From contig CAYYQL010000003.1 of NCBI GenBank assembly GCA_964473825.1, positions 10,627 to 74,626 on the forward strand: DNA of 64,000 nucleotides. Direction: 5' to 3'. The notes beneath the pieces are model-generated. The model did not search any database. It worked only from the letters and a program-made list of their open reading frames with translations, and had not been told where the DNA came from. The position numbers were made by a program, and so were the translations under genes. Positions 39,796 to 48,105 of the stretch are shown here, piece after piece; positions within the stretch are counted from its first letter, which is position 1, and each line of letters opens with the position of its first letter. This DNA is from an uncultured archaeon. GTDB taxonomy: Archaea; Asgardarchaeota; Thorarchaeia; Thorarchaeales; Thorarchaeaceae.

Positions 39796-40332
39796 ATGTT
39801 TCCGGGGGTATCAGTCAAGGCACAGGGCGGTACAGTTTCTTCTTCAAGACTCGAAGAGCGGCGAAACCGCAGAGCATGGCACACGTACGAAGTCATCCCC
39901 ATCCGACGCACGGGGACCATCAAGACCGAGAAGTCCCCCTACTGCAAGGAGTACGGCCGGCGACACATCACCAAGGGCGGCAACCTGGTCGATGTGGTAC
40001 GGGGCTGTCGTGGTGGAGTTCTGTACGGTAACAGAGGGCACTTCGGGGACTGTTATGCGAAAGAGGCCTCTCGGCGATTCCCAGTCCTCTTCAATCAGCC
40101 CCAGCGCATGGAGTTCAAGGAAGACCTGCTGGCAAAGGATGTGGACCGGCTCGATGAGGAGGGTGTCCGGATGGGCATGGCATTGTACGAGTACGTGGAA
40201 TTCCCCATGCTTCCCTTGGACACGAGACCCCCTACAGAGCTATACCTGACGCCCAGGAGGAAACAGGAGTTAAAGGGAGGTGTCCCAGATGTTGTGAAAC
40301 AGTGTCTTGTATCTCCTCCGATTTCACACTAG
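39796..40332 (+). pseudogene. Probable remnant of a radical SAM (SPL/DUF5131-like) gene
   Basis: DVVRGC-x-GHFGDCYA resembles an extended Cys triad with one Cys lost; similarity ends abruptly after VRMG. Confidence 0.35.
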
Positions 40333-40405
40333 AGCCCAACCAATGGAAATGTTTAAGAAAGAGCTATTCTATTCCATGCTTGGTTGACTGGTGGGTTGAA
40401 GGAAA

Positions 40406-40572
40406 TGGCAAGATACACTGCAATTCTGTTATTGATATCCCTGTTTCTATCACCTGCTTTGACCCCAGCGGTTACGGCTACAAGACCTGAGCTACAACCC
40501 GCCGAGGTTCCGGTGAAGGTCGAAGATACTGGAGATCCAGCTAGCTTTGGCAATTCGGGCCCTGTAAAATAA
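40406..40572 (+). pseudogene. Detached signal-peptide/N-terminal fragment, probably of the downstream metalloprotease
   Basis: MARYTAILLLISLFLSPALTPAVTA leader terminated at an A-run (GTAAAATAA); start approximate. Confidence 0.5.
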
Positions 40573-40715
40573 ATCGAGTTCACATGGCTTAGATAAAGGA
40601 AAACTTGTATGGAGCAACTCAAAACTATCAGAAGAGACCCATTTCGTTGTTCACAGAATTCATTTCGTGAACAATATGAGAGTTATTTTACAGAGCCGGC
40701 AATTCGGCAACAGAT

Positions 40716-42152
40716 TTGTTCATGAAGACAGATTGGCAAACTGAAGTACCTACATACTCAGAGATTGTCAGGAATAATGGAACTCTCGGAACACAGGAGA
40801 AGAAAGAATCTCTGATGACTTCACCTTTTAGGAAAGCACCAAGTATTGAGAACGATTCGATTTCTCTCTTATCTTCAACAGAGTGCGAGAGTTCGTCAAC
40901 CATGGGTTTCTCTGGTCATACATGGTCTTGGGAACTCGGAACAGATGACCGACATGTTGAGGCCGCAGAAGTGACTCGGCCAATGGAGGGAAATTGGTTT
41001 CCGAAGGAATCATACGCAAGAATAGTATACCAGGAGAGACTGACTTGGGATGACGAGTTCTATTACTACATTGAACGAGGAGCAGATACCTATGCTCGAT
41101 ATTTCAGGCTGTATCTCGCGGGTTATCTGCTAGAGGAGAAGGTCATATACGGCTCATCTTGTTCTGGTTTTGTTGAAGTCCCTGATTGGATTCGGACAGA
41201 TTATTACTTCATCACGCTTGAAATCACCTACGGCGGATACGTAGAGCATGGCTGGAAACTAAGATATTGGACTCTCATGGATCCCGATTCGGAAGGTTAC
41301 TTTCAACCTGTTCGGACTCCGTATCAACAGTTTCGCAAAAAAGGGTACTCAGAATTGGAGTTCAGGGTTCCAATGGGGCCCATTACTAAACTCAATATTG
41401 AAACCCTCAACTGCCATGATTACTATACCCGCCATTTGTACGTCTATGTTGATGGAGTACTTAAGGACACATTGTACTCACCGGGATCATATGAAGTAAC
41501 CATCGCAAACTTCGCCAACCCAGGAATGCATGATTTAAAACTTGTATTGCACTGGGGAGATAAATTCACTGGTTCGTATCCGAAATCCATTAAACAGCTC
41601 TACGTTTCGCATAAGTACAGAACGGTGGAGGCGGATTCCATGGAGGGGCATTCACAACCTCAAGATGTGTTTGACTATATCGAGGCCTATTATAGAACAC
41701 ACGATTACAGACGAGTTCATTTTGTCCCTGATGACTTACACATTCCACATCAAGATGTGATAGATGAGCATGAATGGGATTCGCTGTATAACACCTATGC
41801 AAGCGGCGAATGCAAGACCAATCCAAGGTGGACTTGGGGACTTTATTGCCACGAATTATACTGGACAGTGGCCGACTCGTATCCGTGGGGGTTGGGTGAA
41901 GTTGGAGGAAAGAAGTATGTTGTGGCTGACCACCTTAGCTATGATCCTTGGCCGCCACATATGCTGGAGAAACAAACCTGGATTACAATGCACGAATACG
42001 GCCACACAGAGGCTATGACCGATCACACCGGATATAAGACGGACTGTTATGCTGAGAAACAATACGGATTTGACTACATGGATTGGGCGACTCCGCATTA
42101 CGCGTCGAGTAGTTGGACAAGTCACCTTTCTTGGGTCTGTGGTTGGTGGTAA
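40716..42152 (+). CDS. Putative extracellular Zn metalloprotease, probably frameshifted at the 5' end
   Basis: C-terminal HEYGH-x6-H motif; Tyr/Trp-rich beta domains; lacks its own signal peptide. Confidence 0.6.
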   Translation: MFMKTDWQTEVPTYSEIVRNNGTLGTQEKKESLMTSPFRKAPSIENDSISLLSSTECESSSTMGFSGHTWSWELGTDDRHVEAAEVTRPMEGNWFPKESYARIVYQERLTWDDEFYYYIERGADTYARYFRLYLAGYLLEEKVIYGSSCSGFVEVPDWIRTDYYFITLEITYGGYVEHGWKLRYWTLMDPDSEGYFQPVRTPYQQFRKKGYSELEFRVPMGPITKLNIETLNCHDYYTRHLYVYVDGVLKDTLYSPGSYEVTIANFANPGMHDLKLVLHWGDKFTGSYPKSIKQLYVSHKYRTVEADSMEGHSQPQDVFDYIEAYYRTHDYRRVHFVPDDLHIPHQDVIDEHEWDSLYNTYASGECKTNPRWTWGLYCHELYWTVADSYPWGLGEVGGKKYVVADHLSYDPWPPHMLEKQTWITMHEYGHTEAMTDHTGYKTDCYAEKQYGFDYMDWATPHYASSSWTSHLSWVCGWW

Positions 42153-42307
42153 TTGGGCATCGTTGAAACCAAATCTCATTCCATAGAATGGGGTTATTCC
42201 ATTATGACACTTGTAGATTGTGTAAATCCTAGATGGGGGCTTATTATCCCCTCAGGATTATTTGGTTATGAACTGATGCTAAACTAGACTTCTGTCTAGG
42301 TGCAAGA

Positions 42308-42895
42308 CTACCTGTTCTTCAAGATTCTTCTGACAACAATAGCAATTACAAGTACTACAGGCACCAGCGTCATCCAGAAGAGTGGATTCAGCAAGATAGA
42401 CTGTATAGGGGAAGGCATCCCGCCACCGGAGAAGCTATAGAAATATACAGATGAGGAGTTCCAGTTATCTAGCGTATCATTGGCGTAGAACTTGAAGTAG
42501 AACACTACCCCCCAGTTTCCGGGCCCCAGGGTGTAGTTCATCACAAAGGTGGAATACAGATTGGGATATTCTTCCCTTGGCGTGTAAGAGAGCGTCTTGT
42601 TGAGCCATTCCGTTTCTTCATCCAACCGATAACTGCCAATGACAGTATCTACATCGTCAGGGTCTGTGACTTCTACTCGTAATGTGAGAGAGATATTCAC
42701 GGGGCCGGATTCAGGGGGATAATCGACAGACAAATTTCCGAATGGTACATCAAATTCGGGTCCATTGGTATCTGCAATCGATTGCTGTGCTTCTCCTATT
42801 ACAGGAAGAGAGATGCTTACCTTTCCCGGAACTAGTAAGAATCCAGCCACGAGAAGAGAGAGCACCATGAAATTGAGAACTTGCTTTCGACTCAA
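42308..42895 (-). CDS. Surface protein with signal peptide, Ig-like domain and C-terminal TM
   Basis: EVTDPDDVDTV...FKFYANDTLDNWN; TM followed by RRILKNR. Confidence 0.7.
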   Translation of the reverse strand: MSRKQVLNFMVLSLLVAGFLLVPGKVSISLPVIGEAQQSIADTNGPEFDVPFGNLSVDYPPESGPVNISLTLRVEVTDPDDVDTVIGSYRLDEETEWLNKTLSYTPREEYPNLYSTFVMNYTLGPGNWGVVFYFKFYANDTLDNWNSSSVYFYSFSGGGMPSPIQSILLNPLFWMTLVPVVLVIAIVVRRILKNR

Positions 42896-43135
42896 TACAA
42901 TCCCGCCCAGTCATCATTAGATGAAACCACTTTACTCTTAAATTTTGCTGCACCTAGTGCAATTTGAATAAGTGAACGAGAATTGCATCATCATAGCGTA
43001 GCAATGGTTGATTCACTCTGCCTAGACAGACAATACATAGCCGCACATATTAGTTAAAACACTGCGTGAAGTATATCAGAGCAATCCGACTTTAGATAAA
43101 ACCTTTCTATGGCTGGTACTAAGCCAAGGGCGCTT

Positions 43136-43340
43136 TCACTCCAGCAGGGTTTCTATGGGATATCCATCAATTGTGTCCATTAGATAGTCATCTCCCATCC
43201 CTTCTGGCAATTCATCAAAGAGAGGAATCAAGAACTGTGAGTTAAGCATTACCTCAAAGTCATCGAATCCGTGATGTGCCTGCAGTCTTGCTCAGATTGC
43301 ATCAAAGTCAAGACCGTGAGTTGTACAGAACGCCTTGGGA
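43136..43340 (-). pseudogene. Possible DUF2695-like gene remnant with internal stop
   Basis: Frame reads AFCTTHGLDFDAI*ARLQAHHGFDDFEVMLN; in-frame TGA at 43292-43294; family assignment by eye only. Confidence 0.25.
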
Positions 43341-43451
43341 GGTGTGGAGTTCGAGGGGATACCGGTCTTTGTGGGAGATCATATCAATGTGCTCTAGGGT
43401 TCGGGCAGCTGAGCTTATATCGGGAGAGGAGAAAGAGAGGTATGTGGTGCT

Positions 43452-44198
43452 ATGATGAGGTCTCTATCAAGGAAGCAGCGGGGCTTGGTTGTGATTGCCA
43501 TGGTTGTGGTTGCAGGTGGAGGGTTCTTCTGGTATTATGATTCAACCCGTACCACCTTCCATTTCGAGGAGAGATACCCAGAATCCAACAGGCCAATTCT
43601 AGTACCTCTGCGCCGTCTGAGAGATACCAACCTCTCCATCTCCTTTGTGAACGACACCTCGCTGATGTGTCGTGTGGACGTAGAGCTCTACGACTCGCAG
43701 TCCGGGTCAGTGACCTGGTACCGTGGTCCGAACAACAACGTTGCGCTTGAGGCGACCGGCCGCCAGAAACGAGTGGATGTTGTCCTAGGAACCGGCGCGA
43801 GTTACCACCTGTACATCTTGCTCGGCGAGAACCTGAACACCACAATCCGGTTCGGGAACGGTGCTGTTCTGAATGACACATCTCTTGAGGCATACCAGAC
43901 CGGTATCATCAGAATCGCCGTGGACGAGGATGATGGTCTTACCACCCATGGTGGCATGGGCATCAGTGCATGGATTCCCGAGGGAATCAATGGGCCTCTA
44001 CACGTCCTTCTGAACATCGACCTTCCCACCGGCTATCTCGGCAAGCTATGGACAAATGGAGCACCCATTTCTTTCGTGGAACGGGTGGGCTGGGGCTACT
44101 ATGGTGATGGGGTCTATGCCACGGTTGGCATGATGGAAGAACCCTGGATCGGGATTGGATGCGTCTGCACATCCATCATTGCCCGCCTCATCGACTGA
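43452..44198 (+). CDS. N-terminally anchored hypothetical membrane protein
   Basis: Basic N-terminus plus TM, beta-rich extracellular region. Confidence 0.65.
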   Translation: MMRSLSRKQRGLVVIAMVVVAGGGFFWYYDSTRTTFHFEERYPESNRPILVPLRRLRDTNLSISFVNDTSLMCRVDVELYDSQSGSVTWYRGPNNNVALEATGRQKRVDVVLGTGASYHLYILLGENLNTTIRFGNGAVLNDTSLEAYQTGIIRIAVDEDDGLTTHGGMGISAWIPEGINGPLHVLLNIDLPTGYLGKLWTNGAPISFVERVGWGYYGDGVYATVGMMEEPWIGIGCVCTSIIARLID

Positions 44199-44727
44199 TT
44201 ACCTAACCGACCCTCATCGAGTACATACGGGCATGGATTGCCGACACGACACAAGACAGCACATGAGGCATGTATCGTTACTCAAGAAGCACGGTTTCAG
44301 CCCGACTGACACACAGCGGGCGGTCTCCCGCATCGCCCACTTGGAAGATGTGACGGAGAGGGGCGACTTGGCGGTCTTTCTCTATCAGGAACAGGTCATC
44401 GCACAGCACTGCGACAGATGGTACTCAGTGAGCACAGACGAGCCCCGCAGGGTCTTTCTCAATCTGAGCCATGACTTGAACCCCAAGAGCAGGGAGGGTC
44501 TTGTCCCGCCCAGACAGGTGATCGACTCCCTCAAGCACTGGTATGACTGGGTCTACATGAAATATGACAGGCTGTTTCCGATTAAGGAGGGTGAATTCGT
44601 CGTAACAGCTGACTTCAGGAACCTGACCGTTGTGCATCTCCCCGGTGACTATGCTAACTTTTTTTTGCGGCTCGGCCCACGGAAACCTATCTGGCAATTG
44701 GACAGACTGCTGACCACAGGATACTGA
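44155..44727 (+). CDS. Hypothetical protein (start probably downstream, e.g. MRHVSLL)
   Basis: Open frame with coding-like composition; no motif recognised. Confidence 0.5.
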   Translation: MDASAHPSLPASSTDYLTDPHRVHTGMDCRHDTRQHMRHVSLLKKHGFSPTDTQRAVSRIAHLEDVTERGDLAVFLYQEQVIAQHCDRWYSVSTDEPRRVFLNLSHDLNPKSREGLVPPRQVIDSLKHWYDWVYMKYDRLFPIKEGEFVVTADFRNLTVVHLPGDYANFFLRLGPRKPIWQLDRLLTTGY

Positions 44728-44878
44728 GATTTGAACGGAGCTCTTCACGCCTACGGTTCCTCAGTGTGTTGCCGCACAGGAGAAGACAGGGAATCTTCCT
44801 TGAGTAGTGGGCGCATACCATTCGAAGAATCAAGGAGGTCTACGGACCTGAGTAGTGGAGATAGATACCAGTTTCATC

Positions 44879-45055
44879 GCCTTTGAGAGAAGATATGCAA
44901 TAGCCAAGAAGATAGTTGAAAAGGCTGGCTTGGAACCAGAGCGTCTGCAATTCACACAGATTAGTGCCAGTGAAGGCCCCATCTGGGCTGAGAAGGTCAA
45001 GGAACTCTCCGAGCTCGTTGAGAAACTCGGACCGAGCCCGCTTAGAAATAGGTAG
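44879..45055 (+). pseudogene. Orphan 3' fragment of mvhD domain (right copy of the direct repeat)
   Basis: AFERRYAIAKKIVEKAGLEPERLQFTQISASEGPIWAEKVKELSELVEKLGPSPLRNR; lacks all [2Fe-2S] Cys ligands. Confidence 0.85.
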
Positions 45056-45128
45056 AGAAATCGGCCAGCCTTCACTGGCCTTTATGCTCCAAGTATTAGC
45101 AGATCAATGGAAAAAACCAGAGGTGTCG

Positions 45129-45191
45129 TTATTTCTTTGGTTTCTTCTTCTTCTCGTCGGTGGTCTTCTTTCCCTTCTTGTCCTTTGCCAT
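45129..45191 (-). CDS. 20-aa Lys-rich micro-peptide, copy 1 (MAKDKKGKKTTDEKKKKPKK)
   Basis: ATG..TAA; GAGGTGA SD 8 nt upstream; conserved paralog 506 bp away. Confidence 0.75.
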   Translation of the reverse strand: MAKDKKGKKTTDEKKKKPKK

Positions 45192-45634
45192 TATTATTGT
45201 CACCTCTGTGGCAGTCGTGTTGCCCCTAGTAGCGTGCTGCAGTTCCCCAATCCCTTGAAGAGATTGTGGACACAGTCTGCTTGCGAGCAACGTAACAGAA
45301 ACACTGCGAATCGTATACGCTGTCGTCCCTCAATTTACGCACCCAATAATGCTCAAGCAACTCACTATAGACTGCATATTGTTGTATTCTAGGTCTTCAG
45401 CAGAATCCTCTATTGTAGGTTCAGAATCACACTAATCATATCTGATATTGACTCAATCAGAGCAATACTATGCCAGTCAATCTGTCACTAAGAATAGCAG
45501 ACTGGGTGGAGAATGACCATTCTATTCTATCGCTGAACCGCCCTCTATGGATGTTAGATAGAGAGATTGGCCAGTTCATGCCGGCCTCCCTCCTCTATGT
45601 TGTTCTGAGTGATGTGAGAACATCGCATCTGCCG

Positions 45635-45697
45635 TTACTTCTTCGGTCTCTGCTTTTTCTCGTCGGTGGTCTTCTTTGCCTTGTTGTCCTTTGCCAT
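45635..45697 (-). CDS. 20-aa Lys-rich micro-peptide, copy 2 (MAKDNKAKKTTDEKKQRPKK)
   Basis: Same length, same SD spacing, 16/20 aa identical to copy 1. Confidence 0.75.
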   Translation of the reverse strand: MAKDNKAKKTTDEKKQRPKK

Positions 45698-46074
45698 TGT
45701 CAGTGTCACCTCTCTGGCAGTCGTGCTGCCCTGATTCGCCTCCAGATCACTAATTCAGCTGTTTGAAATCCTATGACAGGTCGCGTCAGAGCAATCTTCT
45801 TGAGAAATGCGATTCCTATACGCCATTTCCCCAAGATTACAAGGGTCCATTGAGTCACGTTGACTTTGAGAAGGTACGAAATCTCTGTAGTGTGTCATTC
45901 TAAGAGAATCATCACGAATCAGAACTGGACGAGTTCAATGTTGACAACGGAATGGAGCATCGAGAGAATGCCCGCTCGCGGATTCTGTCACCTATGAGCT
46001 AACTGCATCTGCCTCCGACGCTATTGATATAAGCGGAGCAAGAAACGAGACCTGAGTGTCAGCAGACCCAAGAA

Positions 46075-46608
46075 GTGATATGCATGACAGAGACATGGGG
46101 TCAGTTCAAGAGTTTCGAAGGCAAGGAGTTCTCTACTCTAGACAAAGAGTTTACCCGGGAGACCGCGAAACTACTGGGCGGGCAAGATTTGACTACCTGT
46201 TTTCAATGCGCGAAATGCAGTGCTGGGTGTCCAGTCAGCGACAAAGTTAACGTTCAGGTCCATGAGCTCATGAGGATGCTCGTATTTGGACTGAAGGAAG
46301 TCCTCGAGACCGATATGGTCTGGCTCTGCACTACCTGTTATACATGCCAAGAGCGTTGTCCTCAGGGAATCGACATAACTGACATCATTTTTGGTCTCAA
46401 GAATATGGCATTCAAGAGGGGCATTGTTCCCCATGGGTATGTTGTATCTCGAAAAGGTCTCTATGACACTGGGAAGCTCTATGAACCAACGGACTGGGAA
46501 CGGGAGGATTTAGGGCTCGAAGACGTTCCTGCACTGAACACTGAGGACACTCAGAAGATCTTCGAAGAAACGGGTCTCATGAAACTGAAGGAGGATGATG
46601 AAGAATGA
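46075..46608 (+). CDS. hdrC: Heterodisulfide reductase subunit C (copy 3)
   Basis: CFQCAKCSAGCP and CTTCYTCQERCP. Confidence 0.9.
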   Translation: MICMTETWGQFKSFEGKEFSTLDKEFTRETAKLLGGQDLTTCFQCAKCSAGCPVSDKVNVQVHELMRMLVFGLKEVLETDMVWLCTTCYTCQERCPQGIDITDIIFGLKNMAFKRGIVPHGYVVSRKGLYDTGKLYEPTDWEREDLGLEDVPALNTEDTQKIFEETGLMKLKEDDEE

Positions 46609-47480
46609 CCCAGAGCTATGAAGTCTTCTTGGGATGTGCAATTCCTAATCGTTTCAATAACTATGAGAGTTCCATGAGGGCCGTTGCTAAAGCCCTTGAC
46701 ATCAAGTTGATTGACTTTGATGGGGCCTCTTGCTGTGGCACTGTGGTCTTGAAGTCTATTGATGAACGAAGCTGGTTGGCTCTCTCAGGGCGCAACATTG
46801 CGCTTGCAGGGAGTCGTGGCCATGACATCGTTACTCCATGCAATGGATGCTTCGGTTCTCTCAGGGATGTAGACCATGTTCTACACAATCACGAAGAACA
46901 GAAACAACAGGTGAATACGGCACTTGAGACACTAGGTCTGAAATACTCGGGCGATGTGAAAATCAGACACTTCGTAGATGTTCTTTACGATCTCAGGGAT
47001 CAGATAAGAGATAGCATTGTGCACCCCCTTGATGGTCTAAAGATAGCATTCCATCCGGGATGCCACCTGATACGGCCATCGCAAGTGGCTGCGTTTGATG
47101 ATCCAGAACTACCACGCAAGGTGGACGAGTTACTGGAGATTACAGGAGCGAGAAGTGTTTCTTGGGGGCTGAAGCTCAGATGTTGTGGTTCTCCCCTGCT
47201 CATTTCTAGTGAAGAGGTGGCCACGAGCATATTAAGAGAGAAGATGCTGTCTGCAAGAGAAGCAGATGCAGACTGTGTTGTTACCAACTGCCCTGCCTGT
47301 CACACGCAGTTTGATGTGCAAGTCCTAGGCATGGAGGATGACAAAGGTGAGTCGCTTGAACTCCCGGCACTCTTCGTTACTCAGATTCTGGGTGCTGCTA
47401 TGGGACTAGACGCAGAGGCTCTTGGATTTGAACTCAACCGTGTCTCTCTAGATCCTGTGGCGGAGAAGCTCGGAATATAG
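46605..47480 (+). CDS. hdrB: Heterodisulfide reductase subunit B (copy 3)
   Basis: FLGC, SCCG, CNGC, HPGCH, CCG and CPAC. Confidence 0.9.
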   Translation: MTQSYEVFLGCAIPNRFNNYESSMRAVAKALDIKLIDFDGASCCGTVVLKSIDERSWLALSGRNIALAGSRGHDIVTPCNGCFGSLRDVDHVLHNHEEQKQQVNTALETLGLKYSGDVKIRHFVDVLYDLRDQIRDSIVHPLDGLKIAFHPGCHLIRPSQVAAFDDPELPRKVDELLEITGARSVSWGLKLRCCGSPLLISSEEVATSILREKMLSAREADADCVVTNCPACHTQFDVQVLGMEDDKGESLELPALFVTQILGAAMGLDAEALGFELNRVSLDPVAEKLGI

Positions 47481-47528
47481 CAGCTACTGTACGAGTAGTG
47501 ATGTATCTCGGCAATACGAGTCAGATTG

Positions 47529-48104
47529 CTAGTTTTTGATTTGGTTCTTCCCGTAGAACGTTTCTCCGAGTAGTATCATTGCTCTTCTGACACAGTCTTT
47601 CTTTCCGCTCACTTGCAGGTGGCGTTCGCCATCCAGTGAGATGAGTACATTGCAGTGCTCAGCAATCTCGGAGACTACCTCAACAGGAATCCCCTCTGGC
47701 AGTCTCATTCTGAAGAAACTGACTTCCTTCTCTCTGGGAAGATCACTGATAGGCACAGGAGTTTCCGTTTCAGGAAGGTCAATCTCCTCTCTCAGGCCGC
47801 TTCGTATCTCCTCTTCCCATTTCTTGCGATACTCAACGCCAATCTCGGCTTCCGCCCAAGAGAGCAGTGTTTCACGGAGTCGGAGTATTTTGTCTTCCAT
47901 ATCAACTCTCAGCTTCTCATCTGCGTTGTCAGAGGCACGAAGGTCTTCTTCTAGCGATCGGAGATACTCAAGGAGCATCTTGCTATTTCGGAAGTCTGTG
48001 TATGTCAAATCGGGGATATGCACTCCCTTCTCTCGCAGGTCGCCCAACAAGTCATTAAGAACCATCCATGCGGAATACAGTCCGTCGAGTGTAACCATCT
48101 GCAT
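47529..48104 (-). CDS. DUF2096 family protein
   Basis: WMVLNDLLGDLREKGVHIP N-terminus; starts 2 nt after the hdrA stop. Confidence 0.7.
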   Translation of the reverse strand: MQMVTLDGLYSAWMVLNDLLGDLREKGVHIPDLTYTDFRNSKMLLEYLRSLEEDLRASDNADEKLRVDMEDKILRLRETLLSWAEAEIGVEYRKKWEEEIRSGLREEIDLPETETPVPISDLPREKEVSFFRMRLPEGIPVEVVSEIAEHCNVLISLDGERHLQVSGKKDCVRRAMILLGETFYGKNQIKN

Positions 48105-48105
48105 C

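Larger units (their letters stand above)
39593..44878. mobile_element. Putative degraded integrative island of about 5.3 kb inserted at the hdrA-mvhD 3' end
   Basis: Bounded by the duplicated gene 3' end; carries gene remnants and orphan surface proteins; base composition looks patchy; no integrase seen. Confidence 0.55.

Noticed and set aside
40636-40690. Second BHB intron at the hairpin upstream of the metalloprotease (a 37-nt removal would join two frames)
   Set aside because: The central helix has a C-A mismatch, there is no outer helix, and another frameshift upstream would still be needed.
44916-45766. Plus-strand ORFs 44916..45392 and 45470..45766 as duplicated membrane proteins
   Set aside because: Their shared Leu/Phe-rich part is the antisense shadow of the Lys-rich peptide. 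Conservation tracks the minus-strand start, stop and SD.
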